DNA of 64,000 nt from an uncultured Verrucomicrobiae bacterium (GCA_963769025.1 CAVYKI010000010.1:160001-224000); one strand, 5' to 3'; shown: positions 49,050-59,474, counted from the stretch's first letter. Made by a program: numbers and translations. Notes: generated from the sequence alone by a model not told the origin.

Positions 49050-50684
49050 ATGAGGGTCGGCTTCGCCCAAATCAATCCCACGGTCGGCGACTTCGCCGGC
49101 AACAGCGCGCAAATCCTTGCGGCCTACACGTCGCTCGTGAAAGCCGGCGCGCAGGTGGTCCTCACCCCCGAGCTCGCCCTGCCCGGCTATCCCCCGCTCG
49201 ACCTCCTCTTCAAAAGCCGCTTCGTCCCCGACAACCTCGCCGCGCTCGAAGCGCTCCACGCCAGCGTCGGCGAAGTCCCGCTGCTCGTCGGCCATGTCGA
49301 TGTGAACACCGGGCGCGGGCGTCCATTTCGCAATGCAGCCGCGATCCTCCAGCGGGGCGAACCGATTCGCGGCGTCTTCAAGTCGCTCCTGCCGACCTAC
49401 GACGTCTTCGACGAAGCGCGCTATTTTCAGCCTGCGGAAACCCACGAGCCCGTCCAGATCGCGGGGGTCGCCTGCGGCGTCACCATCTGCGAGGACATCT
49501 GGAGCCGCGACTACCTCCCGCGCGAACTCTACGACTGCGACCCCCTCGCCGCCCTCGTTGCGCAGGGCGCAAAGCTCATCCTCAATCTCAGCGCATCACC
49601 GTTCGAGGTCGGCAAGCCGCGCCGGCGTTTCGACATGCTCGGCGCCCGCGCACGCACGCACCGCATCCCCATCGCGTACTGCAATGCCGTCGGCGGCAAC
49701 GACCAGTTGATCTTCGACGGCAATTCCTTCGCCGTCAGCGATACCGGCGACTGCCTCGCCCAGCTCGCATCGTTCCGGACGGAAAATGCGGTCGTCGAAT
49801 TCCTCACCCCGCACTCCGCCCTCCGCACCCCGCATTTCCAATGTGAGGAGGAGGAGCTCTTCGACGCCCTCGTCCTCGGCACCCGCGACTATCTCGCCAA
49901 GTGCGGATTCAAGAGCGCCGTCCTCGGCCTCAGCGGCGGCATCGACAGCGCCATCACCGCCGTCATCGCCGCACACGCGCTCGGGCCGGAAAACGTCCTC
50001 GGCGTCACCATGCCCACGCGCTACTCCAGCGAAGGCAGCGTGTCCGACTCGCTCCGGCTCGCCACGGCCCTCGGCATCCGCTGCCTGACCATCCCGATCG
50101 AGAAATCCTTCGCCGCCTTCAAGGAGCAGATGACGCCGTTTTTCGACGGCAAACCCGAGGACGTGACCGAGGAAAACATGCAGCCCCGCCTGCGCGGCAT
50201 GACGCTCATGGCGCTCAGCAACAAGTTCGGCCACATCCTCCTCACGACCGGCAACAAGAGCGAACTCGCCGTCGGCTACTGCACCCTCTACGGCGACATG
50301 TGCGGCGGCCTCGCGGTCATCAGCGACGTCCCGAAAATGATGATCTACCGCCTCGCCCGCTGGCTGAACCGCGACCGCGAAATCATCCCTGCCGCCACGA
50401 TCGAGAAACCGCCCAGCGCCGAACTGCGCCCGAACCAGCGCGACCAGGACACCCTTCCGCCCTACGAAATCCTCGACCCGATCCTCGAACTGCTCATCGA
50501 GGATCACCTCGGCACGGAGGAAATCGTCGCTCGCGGCTTCGACGAGCAGACCGTCCGCTGGGTCGTGAAGCGTGTCGCGCAAAACGAATACAAGCGCGCC
50601 CAGTCCGTCCCCGGCCTCAAGGTCACGAGCAAGGCCTTCGGCGTCGGCCGCCGCATGCCCGTCGCGCAGCGCTTCGCGGAATAA
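49050..50684 (+). CDS. nadE: Glutamine-dependent NAD+ synthetase
   Basis: PELAL.GYPP, KSLLPTYDVFDE, ICEDIW glutaminase domain; GLSGGIDS, TTGNKSE, YGD, PSAELRP synthetase domain. Confidence 0.96.
   Translation: MRVGFAQINPTVGDFAGNSAQILAAYTSLVKAGAQVVLTPELALPGYPPLDLLFKSRFVPDNLAALEALHASVGEVPLLVGHVDVNTGRGRPFRNAAAILQRGEPIRGVFKSLLPTYDVFDEARYFQPAETHEPVQIAGVACGVTICEDIWSRDYLPRELYDCDPLAALVAQGAKLILNLSASPFEVGKPRRRFDMLGARARTHRIPIAYCNAVGGNDQLIFDGNSFAVSDTGDCLAQLASFRTENAVVEFLTPHSALRTPHFQCEEEELFDALVLGTRDYLAKCGFKSAVLGLSGGIDSAITAVIAAHALGPENVLGVTMPTRYSSEGSVSDSLRLATALGIRCLTIPIEKSFAAFKEQMTPFFDGKPEDVTEENMQPRLRGMTLMALSNKFGHILLTTGNKSELAVGYCTLYGDMCGGLAVISDVPKMMIYRLARWLNRDREIIPAATIEKPPSAELRPNQRDQDTLPPYEILDPILELLIEDHLGTEEIVARGFDEQTVRWVVKRVAQNEYKRAQSVPGLKVTSKAFGVGRRMPVAQRFAE
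49809..49836 (+). repeat. Four degenerate 7-nt tandem units inside nadE
   Basis: CCGCACT-CCGCCCT-CCGCACC-CCGCATT encoding PHSALRTPH. Confidence 0.65.
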
Positions 50685-50850
50685 GCACGTCTCACGGTGA
50701 GACGCGGAAGCGCTGCCTCACGGAGCGGAGCGAAACCCCGTCACCGCCCCCGAGTCTTCGCTCCTTCGCGTTCCCATCGCGGCGGCTTCTTTCGAGTTCG
50801 ATGACATTTTGTTGCTGAACATCCGCCGCGGAATGTTGCTTACTCCGCCG

Positions 50851-51732
50851 ATGGATTTGCCGAGTTACCTCACCACCCGCATCAAGATCGTCGATCGCGC
50901 ACTCGATCGCCACCTTCCCGCCGAGACCGTGAAGCCGCACACCATCCACAAGGCGATGCGCTACTCGATCTTCGCCGGCGGCAAACGCCTGCGCCCCGTG
51001 CTCACGCTCGCCGCCGCCGAGGCGTGCGGCGGGAAAGTCGCGGACGCGCTCCCCGCCGCATGCGCCGTCGAGTGCATCCACACCTACTCGCTCATCCACG
51101 ACGATCTCCCGTGCATGGACGACGACGACCTCCGCCGCGGCCGCCCGACGAATCACAAGGTCTTCGGCGACGGCATCGCCGTCCTCGCCGGCGACGCGCT
51201 GCTCACCGTGGCGTTCGAGATTCTCGCAAAATCAAAACCTTCGAAACGCCATCCCATCGCGGCGCAAATCGCCGACCTCGCAGTCGCATCCGGCAGCCGC
51301 TGGCTCGTCGGCGGACAGGTCGCCGACCTCGAAGGCGAGGGCCGCAAGCTCGGCGGCGAGGATCTGAAATACATCCACCGCTGCAAGACCGCCGCGCTGC
51401 TCACCGCGAGCATCCGCCTCGGCGCGATGAGCGCGAACGCCACGCCCGCGCAGCTCAAGGCGCTCACGACATTCGGCCAGAGCGTCGGCCTCGCCTTCCA
51501 GGTCATCGACGACATTCTCGACGTGACGCAGCCGACCGAGAAACTCGGCAAGAGCGCCGGCAAGGATGTCGCCGCGCAAAAGGCCACCTACCCCGCCGTC
51601 TTCGGCCTCGAAAAAAGCCGCGCCGAGGCACACCGCCTCACGCGCACCGCGCACGCGGCACTGAAGCCATTCGGCAAAAAGGCCGACACGCTCCGCGCCC
51701 TCGCCGACTACCTGCTCGCCCGCGAGTACTGA
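50851..51732 (+). CDS. ispA: Polyprenyl (farnesyl/geranylgeranyl) diphosphate synthase
   Basis: GGKRLRP, SLIHDDLPCMDDDDLRRG, KTAAL, FQVIDDILD, GKD...KATYP. Confidence 0.93.
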   Translation: MDLPSYLTTRIKIVDRALDRHLPAETVKPHTIHKAMRYSIFAGGKRLRPVLTLAAAEACGGKVADALPAACAVECIHTYSLIHDDLPCMDDDDLRRGRPTNHKVFGDGIAVLAGDALLTVAFEILAKSKPSKRHPIAAQIADLAVASGSRWLVGGQVADLEGEGRKLGGEDLKYIHRCKTAALLTASIRLGAMSANATPAQLKALTTFGQSVGLAFQVIDDILDVTQPTEKLGKSAGKDVAAQKATYPAVFGLEKSRAEAHRLTRTAHAALKPFGKKADTLRALADYLLAREY

Positions 51733-51751
51733 GGCACGCGCCCGGGCGCGC

Positions 51752-52749
51752 CTACGCGCGCGCGTCGAGCTGGAGATTCGGATCGATGTCCTCGCTCAGA
51801 TCGCTCGACTGCCCGGCCTCCGTCCTGAGCGCGGCGACGTAGGCGATCATCGCCGCGTTGTCCGTGCAGAGCGAAGGCTCGGCGAGCAGCAGTTCGATGC
51901 CGCGCGCCGAACACGCCGCCGCAAGCTTCTCGCGCAGCCGGGAATTGCAGCTCACCCCGCCGCTCACCGCGATCGTCTTCCGCCGCGTCTCGATCGCGGC
52001 GCGCACCGTCTTTTCCACGAGCACGTCCACGACCGCCTCCTGGAACGACGCGCACACATCGGCGACCGGCGATGCTCGTCCATTTTCTGAAGCAGATAGC
52101 GCACGCTCGTCTTCAGCCCGCTGAAGCTGAATGCAAAATCCCCGGACGACAGCATCGAGCGCGGAAAATCAAAGCGCGTCGGATCGCCCTCGCACGCGAG
52201 CCGGTTCACGTTCGGCCCGCCGGGATACGGCAGGCCGAGCAGCTTGCCCACCTTGTCAAACGCCTCGCCCGCCGCGTCGTCCTGCGTCTTCCCGAGCAGC
52301 CGGTATCGTCCGACCGCCTCAATCTCCACGAGCAACGTGTGCCCGCCGCTGACCACGAGCCCGATGGCCGGACGCACGCCGCCATGACCGAAAAACGGCG
52401 AGAGCAGGTGCGCCTCGATGTGATTCACCGCCACGAACGGCCGCCGGAAACCGAGCGCCAGCCCCTTCGCCGCGGAGAGCCCGATCATCAGCGACGTCGC
52501 CAGCCCCGGCCCGCGCGTCGCGGCGAAAATCTCGACCCCTTCGAGCGGGACACCGGCATTTTGCAGCGCGGCATCCATCACCGGACGCAGCATCCGCAGA
52601 TGATTGCGCGACGCCACCTCCGGCACCACGCCGCCAGTGAGCGCATGCAGCGCGATCTGCGACGACACTTCGCTCGACAGCAGCGCGCCATCGCGCAGCA
52701 CCGCCGCCGCCGTCTCGTCGCAGGAGGTCTCGATGGCGAGGACCGTCAC
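51752..52749 (-). CDS. tsaD: tRNA t6A threonylcarbamoyltransferase TsaD, frameshift near 52070
   Basis: IETSCDET, GGVVPEVASRNH, NHIEAH, VSGGHT, DDAAGEAFDK, FSFSGLKT, then SGGVSCN and CTDNAAMIA. Confidence 0.95.
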
Positions 52750-52754
52750 TGCGC

Positions 52755-54030
52755 CTACTTGCCCCCCGCGCGCTGTGCGTACACGAGCACGCCCTTGAGC
52801 GCATCCACCGCGCGGTCGAGCTGCGTGTCGCGGAAATTCGCGAGGTCCTTCTTCCGCTGTTCATCCGGAAGATCCTCGCGGCGCTGGATAATGAGCGCCC
52901 TTTCCTGTTCGAGCGACATCGGCGCGAGGATCGTCGGCGCGACACCGTGCTCGTGGATCACCTGGTGACCCGGCGTGTAATACTTCGCCGTCGTCAGCCG
53001 CAGCGCGGAACCATCGGGCAGCTGCATGATGCTCTGCACGCTGCCTTTTCCAAAGGTCGTCTCGCCCACGAGAATCGCGCGGTTCGTGTCCTTGAGCGCG
53101 CCCGCGACGATCTCGCTGCCGCTCGCGCTGCCGTTGTTGATGAGCACGGCCACCGGATAATTCGCACGCCGGCGCAACGCGGGGTTCGCGGTGTATTTTC
53201 GCGACTGCGAAGGCGACGCGACCCTCGGTCGTCGCGACGACCGTCGCCGGCGGGAGAAACATGCCCGCGACATCCACCGCCGAACTGAGCAAGCCGCCGG
53301 GATTGAATCGCAAATCGAGCACCAGCGCCTGCATGCCCTTCTTCTCCAGTTCATCGAGCTTCTTCGCCAGTTCCTCCGCGGTCGGCGCGTTGAATTGCGT
53401 GATGCGCGCGTAGCCGATCTTCATCTGCCCGGTCATCTCCTGCGGGAGCAGCTTCGCGTCCTTCACGCTCCAGACCTTGATCGTCTCGCGCACCATCTCG
53501 AAATCTTTGATCTCCTTCGTGCCGGGCCGGAGAATCGTCAGCGTCACCTTCGTCCCCGGCGCGCCGCGGAGTTTTTCGATCGCGCCGTTGAGATCCAGCC
53601 GCTCGGCGCTCTGGCCGTCGATCTTGATGATCTTGTCCCCCGGCAGCAGCCCGGCGCGAAAGCCCGGCGAATCCTCCATCGGCGACACGACGATGAGGTC
53701 GCCATTCCGCTCCGTCACATGCACGCCGAGCCCGCCGAAACGGCTCTCCGTGTCCTCCTTCATGTCCTCGAAATTCGCCGGCTCCATGAATTGCGAATGC
53801 GGATCGAGGCTCTGGAGCATCCCCTTCAGCGCCGCGCGCATGAGCTGCTCGTAGCCGATCTTTTTCCCGTCCACGTAGTCCTGCCGGATCAATTCCATCG
53901 CGCGCGTGAGCGTCTTGATCTGCTCGTAGGGCGAATCCTTGTCCCCCGCAGGCGCCGCGTCTTCCGCGCGCAATCCCGCCACCGGAAGACAGAGCCAGAT
54001 GAGTACGGGCAGGAAACGGGGAAGCTTCAT
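52755..54030 (-). CDS. ctpA: Carboxy-terminal processing protease (S41A), frameshift near 53212
   Basis: Signal peptide, [24 protein letters not shown], then [23 protein letters not shown]. Confidence 0.93.
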
Positions 54031-54070
54031 GGCGCGACCGTAGCACCCGGCGGCACTTTGAAAAGCGCCA

Positions 54071-54097
54071 GGTAGGGCGCTTTCGCCGAAAGCGCCC
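54071..54097 (+). repeat. GTAG-type REP-like palindrome
   Basis: GGTA-GGGCGCTTTC-GCC-GAAAGCGCCC: GTAG running into a 10-bp stem. Confidence 0.6.
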
Positions 54098-54175
54098 ACG
54101 CATCCTCCGCTCGGGCCACGCCCCACGCGGCCAATTTCACTCGTCACGCGCCCCCCGCCCGGGAAAACTCCCGCC

Positions 54176-55165
54176 ATGTCCTCGCCTTCCTCATCCGAAC
54201 ACCTCGCCCGCGCGCGCCGTGTGTTCGAACTCGAACTCGCCGAGGTCCGGCGCGTCGGCGAGCGCCTCGACGAATCGTTCGTGCAGGCCATCGAGACCAT
54301 CCGCGACGCCACCGGCAGGCGCGCCAAGGTCGTCCTCGTCGGCGTGGGAAAGTCCGGACACATCGGCGAGAAGATCTCGGCGACGCTCACCAGCACCGGT
54401 ACGCCGGCGGTGATGCTGAACGCCCTCAACGCGCTGCACGGCGACCTCGGCATCGTGTGCGACGGCGACGTCGTCCTCATCCTCAGCAACAGCGGCGAGA
54501 CCGACGAACTTGTGAACATCTTCCCGGCGCTGGCGCGGCTCGATGTGCGCATCATCGCCATCACCGGAAAGCGCGACTCATTCCTCGCAAAGAACGCGCA
54601 CATCCACCTCGACGCATCCGTGGAGCGCGAAGCCTGCCCGCTCGAACTCGCACCGACATCGAGCACCACCGCGATGCTGGTCCTCGGCGATGCGCTCGCG
54701 ATGACATTGCTGGAAGCCCGCGGCTTCACGCGCGAGGACTTCGCGAAATTTCACCCGAACGGCAAACTCGGCCGCACCCTTCTCCTCACCGTCGATCAAA
54801 TCATGCGCAGCCCGGACCAGATGGCGCGCATCATGCCCGCCACCGTCGTGCGCGAGGTCCTCTTCGAGATGGCGCGCCGGCGCGCCGGATGCGCCGTGGC
54901 CGTGGATGACGGCGGCACGCTCGCCGGGATTTTCACCCAGGGCGACTTTGCCAGGCACCTGGAAAAGAACCCCAACCTCCTCGAGCTCGCTGTCACGCCC
55001 TTCCTCACACGGAAGCCAATCACCATCCGCGCGGGGGCCCTCGCGTTCGAAGTCCTCCACATCCTCGAACACCACCGCATCGACGATCTCGTGGTCGTGG
55101 ACGCCGCCAACCGTCCCGTCGGCATCGTGGACACGCAGGACCTCGCGCGCTTCCGCCTCGTGTAA
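54176..55165 (+). CDS. kdsD: Arabinose-5-phosphate isomerase (KpsF/GutQ, SIS + CBS)
   Basis: GVGKSGHIG, HGDLG, SNSGET, EACP..LAPTSST, FHP.GKLG, CBS pair. Confidence 0.93.
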   Translation: MSSPSSSEHLARARRVFELELAEVRRVGERLDESFVQAIETIRDATGRRAKVVLVGVGKSGHIGEKISATLTSTGTPAVMLNALNALHGDLGIVCDGDVVLILSNSGETDELVNIFPALARLDVRIIAITGKRDSFLAKNAHIHLDASVEREACPLELAPTSSTTAMLVLGDALAMTLLEARGFTREDFAKFHPNGKLGRTLLLTVDQIMRSPDQMARIMPATVVREVLFEMARRRAGCAVAVDDGGTLAGIFTQGDFARHLEKNPNLLELAVTPFLTRKPITIRAGALAFEVLHILEHHRIDDLVVVDAANRPVGIVDTQDLARFRLV

Positions 55166-55169
55166 GAAC

Positions 55170-55251
55170 AATCCGCAGATTGCGCAGATGAGCGCAGATT
55201 TGAAGAGAACCGCTCGGCTTCATCCGCGGGAATCTGCGCAATCTGCGGATT
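55170..55251. repeat. Palindromic element built from ~10-nt CGCAGAT units
   Basis: Perfect 20-bp inverted repeat AATCCGCAGATTGCGCAGAT / ATCTGCGCAATCTGCGGATT. Confidence 0.75.
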
Positions 55252-55268
55252 CAACCTCCCCACTCTTT

Positions 55269-56294
55269 ATGAACCACCTGCTCGAAGAACCCCTCGCCGA
55301 TCCTCTTTCGCTCTACCGGTACCGCGACGGCATCAGCGCGGTCGATCTCCTCACCGTCGGCATCGCGCACCTCGATTTCTTCACGTGGCTCGCCGACCAT
55401 CCGAGCACGCTCGGGGCGATCTGCGCGCATTTTGAGATCCACACCCGGCCTGCGGACGTGATGCTCACGCTCTTCCGCGCACAGGATCTCGTGACGCAGA
55501 GCGGCGGCGTATTTCTCCTCACGCTGCGCGGCCGCGAGCACCTCACCGCAAGCTCGCGCTGGAATCTCGCGCCGTACTTCGCCTCGACGAAGGACCGCCA
55601 GCCGACGCTCGACATGCTGAAGGTTCTCAAGACCGGCAAGCCCGCGAACTTCGGCAGCTTCGACCCGCAGGCCTGGGCGCAGGCGATGCAGCGGCCCGAT
55701 TTCGCCGCGCACTTCACCGCCGCGATGGACTGCCGCGGCGTGCTGCTCGGGCCCGCGATGGCGAAGCTCCTCGACCTCTCGCAGCACCATGCGCTGCTCG
55801 ATCTCGCCGGCGGCAGCGGCATCTACGCCTGCGCGCTCGCCGCGAAGAATCCCCACCTCCGCGCGACGGTGCTCGAACGGGCGCCAGTGGATCGCATCGC
55901 CACCGAGTGCATCGCGAAGCAGGGCTGCTCGGAGCGTGTGAATGTCATCACTGGCGACATCTTCGCCGCGCCGCTGCCGACGGGCTTCGACGTGCATCTG
56001 TGGTCGAACGTCCTCCACGACTGGGACGAGCCGGACGTGCGCAAGCTGCTCGCGAAATCGCGCGACACGCTGCCCTCCGGCGGCCTCGTCGTCATTCACG
56101 ACGCATTCATCAACGCCGAGAAGACCGGCCCGCTGCACATCGCCGAGTACTCCGCGCTGCTGATGAACATCACCGAGGGAAAATGCTACTCCATCGGCGA
56201 AATGCGGAGCTATCTCGGCGAACTCGATTTCGAGTGGCTGGAACACAAGTCCACCGCCGTCGGCCGCGGATTCATCGTCGCGCGCAAACCGTAG
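55269..56294 (+). CDS. SAM-dependent O-methyltransferase (Methyltransf_2 family)
   Basis: LLDLAGGSG, GDIF, SNVLHDW, N-terminal dimerisation region. Confidence 0.88.
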   Translation: MNHLLEEPLADPLSLYRYRDGISAVDLLTVGIAHLDFFTWLADHPSTLGAICAHFEIHTRPADVMLTLFRAQDLVTQSGGVFLLTLRGREHLTASSRWNLAPYFASTKDRQPTLDMLKVLKTGKPANFGSFDPQAWAQAMQRPDFAAHFTAAMDCRGVLLGPAMAKLLDLSQHHALLDLAGGSGIYACALAAKNPHLRATVLERAPVDRIATECIAKQGCSERVNVITGDIFAAPLPTGFDVHLWSNVLHDWDEPDVRKLLAKSRDTLPSGGLVVIHDAFINAEKTGPLHIAEYSALLMNITEGKCYSIGEMRSYLGELDFEWLEHKSTAVGRGFIVARKP

Positions 56295-56314
56295 CCGCGA
56301 GTCTGACACCGCAG

Positions 56315-59300
56315 CTATTTTTTCGTGAAGTAGCTGAAGAGATCGCGCACCTGCTGATCGCTGAGCGCGTCGAGCAGGCCCTCGGGCATGAGCGACATCG
56401 GTGATGCGGTCAGCGACTTCAAATCCGCACGGCTGAGCACCAGCTTCTGGCCGTTCAGATCGCGGATCGTCACCGACTGCGGCGTCTGCGCGTCCATGAA
56501 ACCCATGAGCGTCTGCCCGTCACGCGTCTCGACCGAAAATGCCGTGAACTCCTCCCGGATCGCCAGGCTCGGATCGATGATTGCCGGCAGCATGAAATCC
56601 AAATTGTCGCGCTCATAACCCGTGAGGTCCGGGCCGATTTTCCCGCCCTCGCGCCCGAACGTGTGGCACACCGCGCACGACGTCTTGAAAATCGCGTGCC
56701 CTGCTTCAGCGTCGCCTTTGCCGGTGGCGAGGAGCTTCCGCACCTGCGCGATGCGCGCCTCCTTCGCGGCGGTGCCCTGTTTCAGTGTGCTCCAGTGTTT
56801 CGCGAGAAGCGCGTCGCAAGCCGAGTCGTGCAGGCCTTGGATCGTGAGCAGGTTCGCCGCTGTGAGATGCTCCTTCTTCACGCCGCCGGCGTCCACGGCC
56901 GTGAGCAGCAGTCGCGCCCATGGCGGCCGGCTCGCGAGCGCGGCAAACACGGTGGAGCGGACCTTTGCCGACATGGTCGGCGCGAGTTCGAGGAAGGTGC
57001 GCGCGACTTCCTCTCCGCTGAAGCGCTGAAGCGCGTTTGCCACCGCTAGCTGCATGGGTTCCGCCTTCTCGGCTTTCAACAGTTCGAGAAAGACTGGCAC
57101 GGCCTTCTCCTCCCGCTGCTCCGCAAGCAACGCGATCAGGGCGGTGCGCTCGGCGGCTTTTCCTTTGACGTCGCGGACGCGCTCCATCGCGACGCCCATC
57201 GCTGTCGCATCGCCGAGCCGGACGCCGAGTCTCACCAAAGCGGGAACGGCACCGGCCTCCTTCCAGAGGGACGCAAATACGCTCCGCAATTCCGCGGGGA
57301 TCGCGCCCGCCGCGCCGCCCTGCAGGCCTGCGTCCATGCCTTCCGCGAGCCTCAGCCGGTTCTCGGGATCCGGTGCGAGCGCGAGCAGCCGCGCACAAAT
57401 CTTCAGCCCCGACTCGCCGCGCTCCGCGGTGAAACGCTGCCCGAGCCGCGTCGCGATGGTCTGCTGGAAAATCGGTGCGGCCCACAGCGATTCGTCGCCG
57501 AGCATCGCCATCACCGCCTCGCGGTCCGCGTCGCATTTGCTCTCCAACGCCCACCACAGGAGCAGCGCCTGGTGCCTGTCCGTCGCGTCCTCGCTGCGCA
57601 CGAGCAGTTCGCGGATGATTGGCACCGCATCTCCCGCGGGCAGGCGGCGCGCGGTGCTCGCGAGTTGCGTGCGCACTTCCACGTCCGCCTCGGAGCGCGC
57701 GAGCTGCACGAACGCATCACGCGCGGCGGTGCCCACGTGCTTCGCGTCGCCGAGCAGGCGCGCGGTCCAGTAGCGCAACATCGGATGCGAATGCCCGAGC
57801 GTCTTCAGCGCGTAGCCCTCGTCGAAGCCACCGCACGCATTCACCGCCCAGAAAGCCTCCAGCCCGAGCTGGCCGCGCTCCTTTTCCACCATCTCGCGCA
57901 GTTTCGGCACGAGCGTCGCATCGCGCCGGTCCCACAACACGCGGAGCGCGGTCTGCCGGTGCCACTTGTTCGGATGCGAGAGCTTCGCGATCAATTCGTC
58001 GCCGCTCATCTTTGCAAAATCAAAACTCTCCTGCTTTGCGCCCGCTCCCGCTGCGCGCAGGCGCCAGATGCGGCCCGACTCCTTGTCCCAAGTGTCACGC
58101 GGATCGAGATGGCTGAGCCGGCTGTCCGACCAGTCGGCGAAAAACAGCGATCCATCCGGACCCGTCTTCGTGTCCACGGGGCGGAACCAATTGCTGGCCG
58201 ACTCGAAAAGCGCCGGCCCGTCCTCAGTGCGGAATGTCGAGGTGTCGCGATACAGCGCCGTGCCGAGCACGCGATTCGTGAGCGCCATCGAGGCGATGAA
58301 CTTTCCCTCCAGCGACGGGATCGCGCCGCCCTCGTAGATCACCATGCTCTGCGAAAAACGCCGCGTCTCGCCCTTGTGCGCCATGTGCGTGAACCAGCCG
58401 AACGAGTAGGGATTCATCAGCGGCCCGTGCTTGCCCCAGTTCTTCTCGAATGCGCCGCCCTGCGGATAATGCAGCCCGCGCTGGCTTCCGTTCGTGCCGG
58501 AAAAAACGCGGCCCTCGCGATCGAAATCGAGGCTGTAAGTATTGCCGCCGCCCTCGGCGAAGACCTCGAATTCATCCGTCCGCGGATTGTAGCGCCAGAT
58601 CGCCTGGCCGAGAAATTTGATCCCCCGGACATCAGCCGTGCATGTGCTGCCGTGCGCGCCGTAGAGCCAGCCGTCCGGCCCCCATTCGAGCGAGTTTGCG
58701 CCGCTGTGCGTGTCCTCGAGACCGAAGCCGCTCAGCACCACGCGCGGCACGGCAGCGCCGTTTTCCATCACGTCTGGAATGTCGTCGCGATTCTTGTCCG
58801 GGTAAAAAAGGAGGTAGGGCGGATTCAGGATCCATACGCCGCCGCGGCCGGTGACGACGCTGCGCGCGATGTTCAGGTCGGAGACGAAATCCTTCGCCTT
58901 GTCGTAAACGCCGTCGCCCTTGCTGCTCTCGAGGATCGTGATGCGATCCGCGCCCTTGAAATGGTTCGGCGGCGGCGGCGGCACCTTGTCGAAGACAGCG
59001 CGCAGGTATTCGTCGTAGCGCACGATCTTCAGGCCCGCGGGAAACGGGTATTGCAGGTACTGCACGACCCAGAGCCGCCCGCGCTCGTCGAAGTGCATGT
59101 CGAGCGGCTGCCGGACCATCGGCTCGCTCGCCACGATGTCGAGTGCAAGACCGTCCGCGACCTTGCACGCCGCGAGCGCGTCGGCGGTAGTGGGCTTTGG
59201 CGCCGTGTCGCCCAGTGCACCGCGGCCGGTGAAGCGCTTCACGAATTCCGCCATCTCCGGTGAAAATTTTTCATCGGCGTGAACGGTGACCGGCAGCGCG

Positions 59301-59338
59301 CAGAGGGCGGCGAGGACGGGGAAGGTTGCGATTTTCAT
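56315..59338 (-). CDS. PVC-type membrane-bound dehydrogenase with HEAT repeats and C-terminal cytochrome c
   Basis: FDERGRLWV.QYLQYP, WGPDGWLYG propeller, FRPVD..GPDG, HEAT repeats, CAVCH...GPDLT, SLMPEGL. Confidence 0.9.
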   Translation of the reverse strand: MKIATFPVLAALCALPVTVHADEKFSPEMAEFVKRFTGRGALGDTAPKPTTADALAACKVADGLALDIVASEPMVRQPLDMHFDERGRLWVVQYLQYPFPAGLKIVRYDEYLRAVFDKVPPPPPNHFKGADRITILESSKGDGVYDKAKDFVSDLNIARSVVTGRGGVWILNPPYLLFYPDKNRDDIPDVMENGAAVPRVVLSGFGLEDTHSGANSLEWGPDGWLYGAHGSTCTADVRGIKFLGQAIWRYNPRTDEFEVFAEGGGNTYSLDFDREGRVFSGTNGSQRGLHYPQGGAFEKNWGKHGPLMNPYSFGWFTHMAHKGETRRFSQSMVIYEGGAIPSLEGKFIASMALTNRVLGTALYRDTSTFRTEDGPALFESASNWFRPVDTKTGPDGSLFFADWSDSRLSHLDPRDTWDKESGRIWRLRAAGAGAKQESFDFAKMSGDELIAKLSHPNKWHRQTALRVLWDRRDATLVPKLREMVEKERGQLGLEAFWAVNACGGFDEGYALKTLGHSHPMLRYWTARLLGDAKHVGTAARDAFVQLARSEADVEVRTQLASTARRLPAGDAVPIIRELLVRSEDATDRHQALLLWWALESKCDADREAVMAMLGDESLWAAPIFQQTIATRLGQRFTAERGESGLKICARLLALAPDPENRLRLAEGMDAGLQGGAAGAIPAELRSVFASLWKEAGAVPALVRLGVRLGDATAMGVAMERVRDVKGKAAERTALIALLAEQREEKAVPVFLELLKAEKAEPMQLAVANALQRFSGEEVARTFLELAPTMSAKVRSTVFAALASRPPWARLLLTAVDAGGVKKEHLTAANLLTIQGLHDSACDALLAKHWSTLKQGTAAKEARIAQVRKLLATGKGDAEAGHAIFKTSCAVCHTFGREGGKIGPDLTGYERDNLDFMLPAIIDPSLAIREEFTAFSVETRDGQTLMGFMDAQTPQSVTIRDLNGQKLVLSRADLKSLTASPMSLMPEGLLDALSDQQVRDLFSYFTKK

Positions 59339-59474
59339 GGGGGAGGAATGGGACCGTGCTGGAAGGGAAAAGCGGTGAATGCCGCACGCCTTAGCTTCGA
59401 CCCGTTCATCGCGGGGCGCGGCAGTGCGTTGCATTCGGCCGTTCTTTGGCGAAAGTCCGCGGCATTCCAAGAAG

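Noticed and set aside
50686..50790. ncRNA or riboswitch between nadE and ispA
   Set aside because: Only a short CGTCTCAC/GTGAGACG hairpin and degenerate repeat-like sequence; no recognisable conserved motif
50851..56294. Secondary-metabolite cluster (polyprenyl synthase + O-methyltransferase)
   Set aside because: The genes are separated by housekeeping tsaD, ctpA and kdsD; no core biosynthetic enzyme
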